Shown piece after piece: positions 13,131 through 25,008 of a DNA stretch of 64,000 nt. Where the stretch lies: the NCBI GenBank assembly GCA_951406725.2, contig OX597814.1, forward strand, positions 171,678,001-171,742,000, in the 5' to 3' direction. The DNA comes from Octopus vulgaris. Taxonomy: Eukaryota. Position 1 is the stretch's first letter. Every line of letters starts with the position of its first letter. The notes below the pieces were generated by a model. The model worked only from the letters and a program-made list of their open reading frames with translations. It was not told where the DNA came from and made no database searches. The position numbers were made by a program, and so were the translations under genes.

Positions 13131-13645
13131 CACTGACTAATTACCAATGTTGAGAAATTAGGCTTCTCAAAACCAGAAAGGAGAAGACTACAGATCCAGT
13201 CTATCATTGGAACTGTAAAAATCTGTGAAACTTTTCTTCAGTTTAATATTTAAATATATATGAGCATGTCTAGATATGTAACTATATGCACGAGAATACA
13301 TACATAAAACATACAAATCTGCACATTCATACATACATACATACATACATATATACATACATACATACATACATACATACATACATACATACATACATAC
13401 ATACATACATACATACACACACACACATACATACATAATACATACATACATACATACATACATACATACATACATACATACACACATACATACATACATA
13501 CATACAGACAGACAGACAGTCAGACAGACAGACAAAAATACCGTTGTTGATATTGAAATTCCAATGAAGTAACTCTGGATCTAGGTTAGAAACCTGTTCT
13601 TCCTCTATTGGCAAAAAATCCTTAAGTAAACCGTATAATGATATA
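13131..13645 (+). mobile_element. 3' end of an RLE-type (R4-like) non-LTR element in a (CATA)n array
   Basis: Encodes NVEKLGFSKPERRRLQIQSIIGTVKICETFLQFNI* (stop 13251-13253), fitting the LQ-x4-GT-x-K/R-I C-terminal pattern of RLE ORFs. Flanked by (CATA)n. Confidence 0.55.
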
Positions 13646-13659
13646 CATGCATGCATACA

Positions 13660-13692
<33 letters not shown>

Positions 13693-13906
13693 GCATACAT
13701 CCATCCATATATACATACATACATACCTACCTACCTACCTACATACACTTGCGTCGGAAATTAATTAGCACTTCTTAAATTTCTACATTTTCTTACATTT
13801 TCTTAATTTAATTAACTTATTATCAGAAACGAACTCGTTTTTAATCAAAAATTTATTAAAACATATCCCAGCATACCACATAATTGTTATTAATCGTGAA
13901 ATTTAG

Positions 13907-14863
13907 TCAATATCTTGTTGCTCCTCCTTTGGCAGCAATGACAGCTGCTACGCGGGTCGGCATGCTGTCTATGAGTGCCTGCAGGTACTGTGCAGGGATG
14001 GCCCTCCATGCAGCAAGAAGTGCCCGAAACAGCTCGTGTCGGTTCCTGTATTGCTGCACATTCAAATCCCTACCCAACCGACTCCAGAGGTTCTCAATAG
14101 GGTTCAGGTCAGGTCATGGTCCTTGAAGAAACCGGTTGTGAGCTTGGCTGTGTGGGAAGGCGCGTTGTCCTGCTGGAGCACGTACTCCTCGCCACCAAAG
14201 AGGTATCCCGTACTATCTCAACGTACTTTGCTGCGTTGATGTTGCCTTCGACGGCATAGAGCCGCCCAACACCACTGTAGCTGAACGCCCCTCACACCAT
14301 CAGACCACCCCACCATGCTTCATGGTGGGAGCAATGCAGTCTTTGTTGAAGCGCTCACCCCTGTTGCGTCGCACATGGACAGACTTGTCACTGATGAGAT
14401 TGAATCGCGACTCGTCAGTGAACATCACTGTCCGCCACTGCTGCACGGTCCATGTCTTGTGGGCACGGGCCCAGAGCAGCCGACTCTTCTAGTTTTGGGC
14501 TGTAAGGAGCGGCTTACGGGCGGCCCTACAGGATTTTAGACCAGCTTCCAGTAATCTGGTCTTGACGGTGGTTGTAGACAACTGCTTCCCTGTCATCTTT
14601 TGCATCTCCTCCGCCAGTTGCCGGCTCGTTGCCCTTCGGTTGTACAGTGACTTTCGGATCAGCATCCGCTGGGTCGTCAGCCTCTTCCGTCCCCTACCCT
14701 TTTTGTCTGCTGCTGATCCGGTTTCCTCGTATTTCTTAAATAAGCACTGAATTGTGCGCCTGGCTACACCAAGTTTTCTGGCTATTGCAGCCTCCGACAG
14801 CTTCCCACGCCACGAGAGAGCCTCGTACCGTCTCTCCAAGGTCATGCGAGGTCTTGGGCCCAT
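13907..14863 (-). pseudogene. Tc1 transposase pseudogene
   Basis: HTH plus GRGRKRLT, KPLL, then after an in-frame stop WRTVMFTDESRF, QQDNAPSHTAK, PDLNPIENLW, AVIAAKGGATRY*. Has stops and a deletion between the second D and E. Confidence 0.92.
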
Positions 14864-14990
14864 CTAGGAATGTACGATAAAAACCAGTTATTTTCATTAA
14901 AACTGTTCATTTGAATAATGTTATGCTATAACAAAACTGCTATGAGTTATTATTCATTAAACAAAAAAGAAAGAAAGCAGAATTTCTCAC
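14864..14990 (-). other. Putative 5'-UTR intron of the Tc1 transposase
   Basis: Minus strand AAG|GTGAG donor at 14990, and ttcctAG acceptor directly before the ATG at 14863. Confidence 0.5.
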
Positions 14991-15022
14991 CTTATTTGAT
15001 GTATAACTGAAAGTTTTGTGAA

Positions 15023-15038
15023 CCGGAAGTGACGTCAC
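15023..15038 (+). promoter_or_regulatory. Overlapping ETS-CRE composite motif
   Basis: Exact CCGGAAGTGACGTCAC upstream of the transposase and its putative first exon. Confidence 0.6.
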
Positions 15039-15415
15039 CAAGCAGAGTGTAGGAGAATTTGTGAGGAAAAAAAATCTTGCAAATACACAAATCAATTAAC
15101 CTACGAGCTGTTCAAAACGTCTTACGCGATGAGAAAACTTAGTACGGTGTGATTTCGGTCCTTGCGAGGCGCTACCTATATCTATTAAACAAAGGAAGAT
15201 TTGTCTGCATCTGCACTCCAAGTTGTTGTTGCACTGCTATGTCAACATCATTAGGCTGTAGACTCTCAAACTGCTCTGCAAACAAAGTTACGTCATCGTT
15301 CTGCGCAACAGTGAACTCGCAACAAAGCAATAGTTCGAGATATGGCCACTAGGTGACAGCAAATACCTTGAGTGAAGAGTAAATCAAGGGTGCTAATTAA
15401 TTTCTGACGGTAGTG

Positions 15416-15448
<33 letters not shown>

Positions 15449-15483
15449 GCATACATACATACATACATACATACATACATACA

Positions 15484-15517
<34 letters not shown>

Positions 15518-16998
15518 CATACATACCTACATATATACATACATACATACACACATGTGTGTGTATGTGTGTGTATAAGTAAATACTGTTTTTCTATATC
15601 AGTAGGAGCTAAATTTGACTAAGTATGCGGTTACTGTGGACACTTGCAACTCATATACCTCTGTATATCTTAGCATTATACGCCTATACGCGATGCATCA
15701 TTGAGATGAATGGTCTGTAGTTATTTGGTTTTACACAGTATATCTACGTTAAATACGAATGCTATTTTCAGCTTATATAGCTTCCGCTGCTAATAACGAA
15801 TACACACATTCACACATACACACACACACCACACTTATACCCTCCCCACACGTGTAAATTTGTACTGTAATACATGGATCTATAAAATCGTGTGGCTATT
15901 ACAGAAAACTTCTCAAGCAGGTCTGGCTATCATCCTACATATAATAATCCAACACAGAGGAACATATTACAAAGTTATATGCAGCTGAAATTCAGGATAT
16001 CCAATCGACGAGGTTATTTCATAAGGAGTATATACCACCAAAAGTCAGGAGGTATGAAAGGTGAATATATTTAACCACTTGTCAACATTAGGATTACGAC
16101 CGTTTCACAGCCATTTTCATAAAGTAATAATTTTAGTGTGGAATAAAATTATGTTTACATGTTTGCAATAATACGTATGCTATGCAATATACAATATGAA
16201 TTATAGCACTTCGCAGTGTACAAATCAATGCAAATAAACAAAACTGACTCATCAGATCATTAGAACATCATGGATACACCAACGATTGAACTCTGAATTA
16301 CTTAATTTATTGGTATTGAGTGCAAAGTATTGAAATCTGAAAATGAAAGAGTAAACAAGGCAATTTTTAGAAAATAATCCTGACACTAGCGCAAAACATT
16401 TTTTTTATTTTTGAAAAGACAGAAAAATTAAACGAAAGGATGAGAGTTAAGGCCTTTTCCTTTGTTATGAATTCAGATATGATCTAAGGAAAAAACTAGC
16501 TTCAAAGTACCGGAAATATTTCACTCACAAAAAGCAAAACACTCAAGCTTTTTGAGCCTTAATATGGGGAGACCGTTAAGGGTTTTTTTTAAAATATCAT
16601 GCAAAAACTTATTTTTACATGGGTTTGGCAAAATGTTAAAGGTTGAAAAAAGACTAAATATGTCGTTTTTCTTACAGAAAGAAAAATATCTACGAAACTG
16701 ACAGACGACAGACACATATCAAACAATATACTACCAGCACAAAAAGCGGTGAGCTGGTAAATATGTTATGCCGGACAAAATGCTCAGCGTCATTTTTCTT
16801 ATTTTAGGTTGTGAGTTCATATTCCGCCTAGTTCGACTTAACCTGCTTTTCATAATTTCGGGGTCGATAAAAAAAGTACAACTTAAGCACTGAGGTCAAT
16901 ATAACTGACTAGCTCCATTCCCCAATAATAAAAAGAAGATACATCACTTATAAAACATAAAGAAGCATTATACTGTGCTATTCATTTAGAATCAAAAG

Positions 16999-17338
16999 GC
17001 CCCCTTCGGTCACGACAAAGACCATGAGATTGCACCTAGAAAGTTGCCCTTCCAGGCACAAGTCCAGGCAAGGTTGTTTATGGAGGACCAGCAGTCGCCC
17101 ATGCATACCGGCCTCCCCTCTCCACGCCACTAGTGTTATCTAAGGCGAAAGGCAAAGGCCGATGCAGCTTAGCACCAGTGACGTCGCAACTCATTTCTAC
17201 AGCTGAGTGAACTGGAGCAATGTGAAATAAAGTATCTTGCTCAAGAACGCAACACGCAGTCCGGTCCGGTATTCGAGCTCACAACCTCACGATCGAGCTC
17301 ACAACCGACGCTCTAACCACTGAGCCATGCGCCTTCAC
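16999..17338 (-). mobile_element. tRNA-derived SINE family C with 11-bp TSD
   Basis: Head gtgaaggcgcatggctcagtggttagagc. TSD agaatcaaaag at 16988-16998 and 17339-17349. Confidence 0.88.
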
Positions 17339-17804
17339 AGAATCAAAAGAAATACCCTCTAAATTAAAAAAACTAAACACCAGGAGAATCTTTAGTTTAA
17401 TAAAAAACATAATGAAACATATTTATTTAGACACTGAGAAAGACGACTTACTACGTCGCTATCGAAATATACCTAAAGTTTAAAGAGTGTTGAAATGTGC
17501 ATTTATAAGATCTATTGCTCTAATATAAACCACAAGTTTTCCTACATTAATATCACCAATAGTTGCGGTGTCTCTTGGAGAAGTATAACATTCTGTTACA
17601 ACTTTTGGCACATTTCAATTAAAAAAGAACACAAATGACGAATTCATGTATAAACAACCATAGCTATTTCTTGAAGAATTTCCAGCAACAAACAAGAGCA
17701 AATACTTTCTGCATGATGGATTTTTTACACCCTAACAGATGGCGCTATATTTCAAAAACATATTCGTCACTAAACTTTCATCGACAAGCGTAGCCTCACC
17801 TATT

Positions 17805-17852
<48 letters not shown>

Positions 17853-17854
<2 letters not shown>

Positions 17855-18065
17855 CGTAAGGTGTACTAGCCATCTGAATGTGGCTAGCCACTGGGGTGGG
17901 GTGTTACTGATGCTTTTAGCCCCAGGCGATCAACGTCACCAGATGGACTTTAGACACAAAATTTCAAAGTCCATCTGGTGACGTTGATAGCCTGGGGCTA
18001 AAAGCATCAGTAACACCCCACCCCCAGTGGCTAGCCACATTCAGATGGCTAGTACAACTTACGTT
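17853..18065. repeat. ~99-bp-arm inverted repeat, 14-nt spacer, within (TA)n
   Basis: 17853-17951 is the near-perfect reverse complement of 17966-18065. Confidence 0.92.
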
Positions 18066-18416
18066 GTCGAGCGGTTACTGTTTATATCTCGTTCAGAGAT
18101 TTATTAATGCTTATATATATATATATATATGCACTCACACACGCGCGCACACACACACGCACACATCTGTTTGACCATGATGCGAAAGATAAGAGCATGC
18201 TTTCGCTCTTGAATAAGAAAAAAACCTGACTGTTTCCAACATTGATATGCCAGTAACAAATCTGATGACTAAGTCTCGCTTGCGATTGCTAACATTTTTG
18301 CTTAGCTATTGTCATGCTACTTCCCTTTTCAATCGCTTGGACAGCGGCGGTCGTGAAACTTAGAATTACGATTCAAGATGCTTCAGTTTATATATATATA
18401 AACTAACCATATATAT

Positions 18417-20818
18417 GATTGATTGATTGAGTGATTGATTGATTCTAGTTTCAGCTTATGAGCTGTGGCCATGCTGGGGCACCGCCATTTGGTGTTGCTA
18501 CTTGGTTTCACTTCATGGAGGCTTTCTAGCAACTGCTATTTGGTGCATGAGAGAGTTCGATGCAGCTGCCCTCATCTGCCCCTCCTGCCGTGAAGTTGGT
18601 TCATCTGGGACACCTGACAGGAAGAGATCCAGCTTCATTTTAAAGACATCTGTATCCACCCCATGCAGGTCTCTCAGGTTCTTCGGGAGGATATTGAAGA
18701 GCTGTGGGCCTCGGAAGCCCAGGCTATCACAGAATCTTGTCCTACATCTTGATGGCAGGTTTGGAGTCCTAGGCACCACGCAGTGGCGCCCAGTTCTGGC
18801 ATTTGCGTAACTCTCGATGCCAAAGTTCAGGACACTTCCCTCCAGGATCTTCCAGATGTATATTATGGCATATCTTTCCCGCCTACGCTCCAGGGAATAT
18901 AATTTTAATCTCTTGAGTCTTTCCCAGTAGCTTACATTCTGCATAGAGGCTATCTTCTTTGTGTAGCTTCGTTGGATCGCCTCAAGTTCTGTGATCAACT
19001 TGACACTGGATGGTGACCATAGCTGAGAGCAATAGTCAAAGTGGCTTAGGACAAGTGTCTTCCAGAGGACCATCATGGTTTCTTGTTCTCTTGTTCTAAA
19101 GGTTCTAAGAATCCATCCAGCCAGCCGTCTATATTTCATTGTCAGTTTAGCAACATGTACATGAAAGGTCGCGTCATCACTCATGTGAATACCAAGGTCA
19201 CGCACTGATTGTGCCTCTGGGATTGCAATCCCTCCGGGTCCAGTGTATTCATTGGGTATTGCATTCAGTTTTGCATGCTGATAGTATAAAGCTTGAAACT
19301 TTCCAGCATTGAACTGCATGCTATTCTTTTCAGCCCACTTGTATATTTCGTCCAGCTCACATTGCAGGTGTTTAGTGTCCTCAGGGTTCTGTATTGCCTG
19401 TGAGACTTTTGTATCATCTGCATAACTTGTGATCGTGGCTCTCTGCGTGGCTGAGGGCATGTCTGAGAGGGCCATTATGAACAGTAGTGGTCCCAAAACA
19501 GTGCCCTGCGGAACACCGCTCACTATTTGTGTGTTAATGGAGGTGGCCCCATTGGCTACTACCACCTGACTTCTATCCTTCAGAAAGTCATGAAGCCATT
19601 CTCCCAGTTTTCCAACTATGTTGAGATCACGCAGTTTGTGACATATCATTCCATGATCGACTTTATCAAAGGCCTTTGCAAAGTCGAGATATATCACTTC
19701 CACATTTGAGTGGTTGAGCAGCCGTTTCAGCACCCAGTCATAGTGTTGTAGGAGCTGAGTTAAACAGCTTCTCCCTGGTCGGAAACCATGTTGGGTGTCG
19801 GGCAGCAAGTCATTCTCTTCAAGGAAGGTGATCAGCTTCCTTCTGACTATTCGTTTCATGACCTTGCTGATGTGTGAGGTCAGAGAGATAGGTCTATAGT
19901 TCTTGGCTTCCGCTCTGCTACCTCCTTTATGAATGGGGCATATTTTACCTTCCTTCAGTTTTCCTGGAAGTTTGCCAGCTGCAAGGAAGCTCTGAAAGAG
20001 GAACTGCAGTGGTCTTGCTAGGACTCTCTTACATGCTTTTAGGAGGATTGCCGGGAATCCATCGGGGCCAGTAGCTGAGTCTGTTTTCATTTCATCTATA
20101 GCCTTGGTTACATCGTCTTCCTTTATATCGATGTAATCTATCGTCGCCGCCTCTGATTTTATATCTGCAGTGGTAAAAAAGTCAGTTGGATTGGTGATTT
20201 GGAGATGCCCAAGGGGTGGAGTGAAAACACTCTTGAATTGCTCATTCAGTATTTCACTTACCCTCATTGGTTTTCCTGTAAGTGTGCCATCCTTTTCAAG
20301 GAGTGGCCCTATTCTACAGTGCACTGTAGCTGTTTCTTTGGCATACCTGTAGAAAGCTCTGGGGTTAGATTTTATGTTTTCTATAGCCCAGGCTTCTTTG
20401 TCTGCTCTTTCTTTTTCATGGGAGAGTTGCAGACATTTTTCGATTTCCAACAGTTTTATTTTTAGGCGGGACTTTTCACTGCTTTCAATCTGTTTGTTTA
20501 GGCGATTTGAAAATTTCGTACGCCGTCTCATTAAAATTTTCCTCTCTCTGGGGATTTTGTTCTTGTGTACAGTGGCCTTTCTCTCTGGGACACATTTGTA
20601 GCATATGGCTTGCATTACAGACATGAATTGTTGAAGTTTCACGTCGATGTCTGGCGAGGAGAGACATTCAGGCCAGTTTTGTTTGAGGATCTCTTTCTCA
20701 ATTTGTTTCCAGTTTGCCTTATGGTAGTTCAAGCTGGAAAGATTTTGAGGGTTTCTTGTAGGCTGCATGTCCGTGCTCTCTTTTGGCCCGTACATGGTCA
20801 GCTCTATCATGTTGTGAT
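18417..20818 (-). mobile_element. 5'-truncated CR1-group LINE
   Basis: RT ORF, short 3' UTR with hairpin, and (AATC)n tail. 5' break at the end of the APE domain (..HNMIEL). (TA)n flanks. Confidence 0.92.
18513..20810 (-). CDS. LINE ORF2 reverse transcriptase (endonuclease domain missing), 765 aa open
   Basis: [56 protein letters not shown] and SLERRRER motifs with no stops. Confidence 0.92.
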   Translation of the reverse strand: MIELTMYGPKESTDMQPTRNPQNLSSLNYHKANWKQIEKEILKQNWPECLSSPDIDVKLQQFMSVMQAICYKCVPERKATVHKNKIPRERKILMRRRTKFSNRLNKQIESSEKSRLKIKLLEIEKCLQLSHEKERADKEAWAIENIKSNPRAFYRYAKETATVHCRIGPLLEKDGTLTGKPMRVSEILNEQFKSVFTPPLGHLQITNPTDFFTTADIKSEAATIDYIDIKEDDVTKAIDEMKTDSATGPDGFPAILLKACKRVLARPLQFLFQSFLAAGKLPGKLKEGKICPIHKGGSRAEAKNYRPISLTSHISKVMKRIVRRKLITFLEENDLLPDTQHGFRPGRSCLTQLLQHYDWVLKRLLNHSNVEVIYLDFAKAFDKVDHGMICHKLRDLNIVGKLGEWLHDFLKDRSQVVVANGATSINTQIVSGVPQGTVLGPLLFIMALSDMPSATQRATITSYADDTKVSQAIQNPEDTKHLQCELDEIYKWAEKNSMQFNAGKFQALYYQHAKLNAIPNEYTGPGGIAIPEAQSVRDLGIHMSDDATFHVHVAKLTMKYRRLAGWILRTFRTREQETMMVLWKTLVLSHFDYCSQLWSPSSVKLITELEAIQRSYTKKIASMQNVSYWERLKRLKLYSLERRRERYAIIYIWKILEGSVLNFGIESYANARTGRHCVVPRTPNLPSRCRTRFCDSLGFRGPQLFNILPKNLRDLHGVDTDVFKMKLDLFLSGVPDEPTSRQEGQMRAAASNSLMHQIAVARKPP

Positions 20819-20947
20819 ATATATATATATATACGAATATACAATATACGAATATACAATTACATAATGCTTTTCTGTCTATTTGTCAGTCACTATCTCT
20901 GCCTAACTCTAAGTGTTTATCTATGCATATGTATGTATGTGTGTGAA

Positions 20948-21001
<54 letters not shown>

Positions 21002-21103
21002 TATGTATATATATGTATGTATATGTATACACACACACGTATATATATATATGTGTGTATGGATGTAGTATGCATGTATGTATGTATGTATGTATATATG
21101 TAT

Positions 21104-21172
<69 letters not shown>

Positions 21173-21259
21173 CATGCAATTTTATCTCTGTGGTGGTGGG
21201 TTGTTGAGCATATATGTGTGAATGTGAATGCAGGGTTATGCGTCTGTGGCAGAAGGACG

Positions 21260-21400
21260 AAGCTATTGACGTCAGCCATGATATATGACCGAGCGTAATG
21301 AGGACTGGCCGCCATTTTTGAAAAGTGGGCGTCAGGTTTACATGGCGTTCATTGGAAACATCTGACGGAATTGTGTAAAATCCAACTGCTTCCTGTACTG
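21260..21400. promoter_or_regulatory. Candidate cis-regulatory cluster
   Basis: CRE TGACGTCA at 21267-21274, YY1-type GCCGCCATTTT at 21308-21318, a second ATGGCG near 21342, and ETS-like CTTCCTG near 21389, all in a unique island. Confidence 0.3.
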
Positions 21401-22444
21401 GAATTACTTGTAAAAGGAGTTAACGTATAAGTGTGTAGATAACAGTGTTTATGGTATGCCTACATGTGTTTGTGAGCGTGTGATGTGAGTGTGTTGTTGT
21501 GCGTGCGATTATGTGTGGGTTTGTGTAGTGTGTGCAAGTTTTAAGTGCGTAAGAATTTCTCTGGTGTGTGCTTGAGTGTATACATAAAGTGTTTACTTGA
21601 TGTGTGTGTCAGTGCTTTTGTCTATGTAAGCATGTGTACTTGTCAGTGTGTCTGTGTTGTGTGCCTGGTTTGAATGTGTGTGTATGTATGTGTGTAATGT
21701 ATGTGTGTAACATACACTCACACATACTCATCTTTATGTATGCTGCCTCTGTTGAAGATATACATTATGTTTGTATGCTGGATGTATATGTCTGGGTGTT
21801 TACTGAATATGTTTGAGAGCGTGTATTATTATTATGTGCATGTGTATAGATTTGTCTTTGTGTGTGTGAGTATGTGTGTGTGTTTATATAGGTGTATATT
21901 TACTGTATGTCTATGTGTGTGATTTGTCTGAGTTTATTTATCTGAGTGTGTATATTTGTGAGTATGTATATGCTATATTTGCGAATTTTATATTTATCTG
22001 AGTCTGTATATATTTGTTTTGTTGTGTCTGGGTATATATATATTCGCACACACACACACATACACGCACGAACAGCGCTGCGCGCACACGCATATGTGTG
22101 AATAGTAAGTCTGTCTTTCGTAAGTAGGTGTAATCTATGCGTATGTATTGTCTCTTCTTGTTAGTTTGTCAATATGTATTATGTGTGAAATAGTGTGCAT
22201 ACCTACGATTATATGTGAATGTGCCTGTGTCAACGCGTGTGTGAGTGCGTGTGGTTCATATATAAGTCTTTCCTGTGTGTGTGTGGCTATGCACGTTTGA
22301 TTTGTGTGTGTTTTAATCCATGTTATTGTATAAATGTGTTGTTTAAGTGTCATTGTGGCTATGTATATTGCCTAAGGCTGCTCGAAGCAGCATTCTTCAA
22401 ATGGGGTTCATTTTCATAGACATAGGCTGAGCGAACCAAACTGA

Positions 22445-22753
22445 TAACGTCGCCCTTTTCAAGCCTAGCCAGGCTCATGGGCCCGGTTTCCCGGTTTCTG
22501 TGGCGCATGTGTTCCACCCAGCTGGAAGGGACGCCAGTCCATCGCAGCGTTACTCAAGAAACAGGAAGAAAAAGTGAGAGAAAGTTGGGGCAAAAGAGTA
22601 CAACAGGGGTAACCATCACTCCCTGCCGGAGCCTCGTGGAGCTTATAGGTGTTTTCGCTCAATAAACACACACAACGGCCGGTCTGGGAATCGAAACCGC
22701 GACCCTCCGACCGCGAGTGCGCTGCCGTAACCACTGGGCCATTGCGCCTCCAC
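22445..22753 (-). mobile_element. tRNA-derived SINE family D (V-domain-like) with 12-bp TSD
   Basis: Head gtggaggcgcaatggcccagtggtta...ggtttcgattccc, body gcgatggactggcgtccc. TSD gaaccaaactga at 22433-22444 and 22754-22765. Confidence 0.88.
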
Positions 22754-23180
22754 GAACCAAACTGAGAGTTGCAGTTATCCTTAACGAAGATTTCTTACTT
22801 AGACAGGGAGCCAACTAAAGATATTAATACAAGTAAGAGGATCAGAATGCACCACGTTCATCTGTTTTCTCTGATTCTTTAGCTGAGTAATGTATATTCA
22901 TGATTCATATGGATTTCTACGATAGACAAACGGTCGCATGATATGATTAAGGAAGGGCCATTGACGATTACATTGTCTGCATTTCAAGACAAGCATTTTA
23001 TTTTATTTGACCCTTGAACAATGAAATGCAAATCTGAATTCAGCGGGATTTGACCTCATTATGGTAAAGACCGTAACTATAAATCACAAACTATTTTGTG
23101 CTCCACTCTACAAATTCTGACATTTGCCACCCTTATATATTTCTTATATGGGAAAATTGTGTACCCTTCAGCGTGTCGAC

Positions 23181-23470
23181 ATGCTAACCATTGGAGAACG
23201 TACGTTTTTAGTTGAATGGGTGTTTCGAGCTGGAAACAAATACGCAGATGGTGTGAAACAGAAGTTCAGTGAAACTTTTCCAAATATTGTTGTTCCACAT
23301 CGTAACACTGTACGGGATTTGATAAGAAAATTTAGTAACACAAGCTCAGTGGAAGACGCAGCAAAAGCGATAGGCCTACTGTTCTTTCAGACGGAACATT
23401 CTCCAATATTTCTAATAAACTGTTGGCAAGCCCGTCACAGTCTTTACGCAAATTGTCACAGGAAACGGAA
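23181..23470 (+). pseudogene. Tc1/mariner-superfamily transposase N-terminal (DUF4817-type HTH) fragment
   Basis: MLTIGERTFLVEWVFR...VKQKFSETFP..VPHRNTVRDLIRKF.NTSSVEDA, then frameshifted. Confidence 0.7.
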
Positions 23471-23614
23471 ATCAGGCTAGGAAAATGAAGTACGACACTT
23501 TCAACACCTCTTATAAAGTTTTGTAAATTCTTGTGAAGTCTAATATATTCTTTTGTATTCTTATACCATCTTATAAATATTTACACACATATATATATAT
23601 ATTATATTATATTA

Positions 23615-23820
23615 TATTAAATTAGAGATAAAACCACTATTAGGCAAATCAAACAGTGAAAAACATAAGCCAATACATAAAATTAATTTAATTTATATTA
23701 TTTTAAATATATATCAAAAGTATTAAAAGTTTAATAAAGGATAAAGAGTAAAACACTACGATCGTTTCATGGCTGTACTAATTCGAATAACAATAATTTA
23801 AATTCAATTAATAATTAATA
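23615..23820 (-). mobile_element. Putative PLE pLTR fragment with the 3' half of a hammerhead
   Basis: Minus strand GAAA CGATCG TA gtg (palindromic helix III ACGATCGT) at ~23753-23768. The 5' core is absent, replaced by (TA)n. Confidence 0.4.
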
Positions 23821-23828
23821 ATATATAC

Positions 23829-23902
<74 letters not shown>

Positions 23903-23905
<3 letters not shown>

Positions 23906-24087
23906 TATATAGAAGGAGCTTCTACAGGACTAGTACTGTTTCATTCAAGAGAAATCTTCCTGAAGATTTCTCTTGAATGAAACAGTACTAGTCCTGTAGA
24001 AGCTCCTTCTATATAATAAATTAATTTTACTCTGCTATGTATTGAGTACCTTACTTACTGTGGTTAACTCCGAATCAACCCGGGACC

Positions 24088-24090
<3 letters not shown>
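23903..24090. mobile_element. Perfect 57-bp-arm palindrome plus pLTR-like extension; hammerhead core at the centre
   Basis: Arms 23903-23959 and 23962-24018. CTGAAGA (23960-66) tTTC-tctt-GAAt GAAA cag TA. The 5' strand of helix I is lost at the junction. Confidence 0.65.
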
Positions 24091-24107
<17 letters not shown>

Positions 24108-24133
<26 letters not shown>

Positions 24134-24765
24134 AATCATGTAATAGTCTCATAGCACTGGTTTTTCAGTTTCCGTGGGACATACACTCCCCACTGGAAGG
24201 GACACCAGCCGTCGTAGGATTATTCAGATTTATAAGCTGGATGGGTTAAGGCCACGTGAAACGAAGTGTTTCCGCTCAACAAAACTACGCGTCATGGGTC
24301 CAACACCCACACCACTAAGCCATGCATATATATATATATTTATATATATATAAATCATGTAATAGTCTCATAGCACTGGTTTTTCAGTTTCCGTGGGACA
24401 TACACTCCCCACTGGAAGGGACACCAGCCGTCGTAGGATTATTCAGATTTATAAGCTGGATGGGTTAAGGCCACGTGAAACGAAGTGTTTCCGCTCAACA
24501 AAACTACGCGTCATGGGTCCAACACCCACACCACTAAGCCATGCATATATATATATATTTATATATATATAAATCATGTAATAGTCTCATAGCACTGGTT
24601 TTTCAGTTTCCGTGGGACATACACTCCCCACTGGAAGGGACACCAGCCGTCGCAGGATTATTCAGATTTATAAGCTGGATGGGTTAAGGCCACGTGAAAC
24701 GAAGTGTTTCCGCTCAACAAAACTACGCGTCATGGGTCCAACACCCACACCACTAAGCCATGCAA
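24108..24765. repeat. 219-bp unit tandem triplication
   Basis: aaatcatg at 24133, 24352 and 24571. Copies appear identical except one substitution (cgtagg vs cgcagg). Confidence 0.95.
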
Positions 24766-24809
24766 ACCTACATCCTTTAGTACGATATAATATAATACTT
24801 TCTATTATA

Positions 24810-25008
24810 GGCGCAAGATCTGAACTTTGGAGAAGGGGGAATGCTCTATTACATCGACACCAATGCTCAACTGGTCCTAATTTATCGACACTGAAAAGAT
24901 GAAAGGTAAAGTCGGCCCTGGTGGAATTTGAACTTAGAATGTGAATATGGATGAAATACTGCTAAGCATTTTGCCCGCCTTGTTAAAGATTCTGTCAGCT
25001 CGCTGCGT
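24810..25008 (-). mobile_element. SINE family A, diverged
   Basis: ttatcgacactgaaaagatgaaaggtaaagtcggcc...ggaatttgaacttagaa...ttctgtcagctcgc. Confidence 0.75.

Larger units (their letters stand above)
13746..15415 (-). mobile_element. Tc1-family DNA transposon, near full-length
   Basis: 26-bp TIRs cacttgcgtcggaaattaattagcac / gtgctaattaatttctgacggtagtg (23/26 match), TA on both sides, internal transposase. Confidence 0.93.

Noticed and set aside
13555-13610. Hammerhead-like ccaatgaag-TAAC..GTTA-GAAA-cctg-TT
   Set aside because: Core lacks U4/G5 and helix I does not pair.
17431-17490. CTGAGAA..CGAC/GTCG..GAAA hammerhead candidate
   Set aside because: No 3:8 pair, helix II is offset from GAAA, and there is no UH site.
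17970-18015. CTGGTGA core candidate in the palindrome arm
   Set aside because: No GAAA after a helix and no helix I.
16999-22753. tRNA genes at the heads near 17338 and 22753
   Set aside because: A/B boxes are present but continue into SINE bodies bounded by TSDs; no full cloverleaf.
24108-24765. CRISPR-like or functional array
   Set aside because: Whole units are identical with no unique spacers; eukaryotic context.
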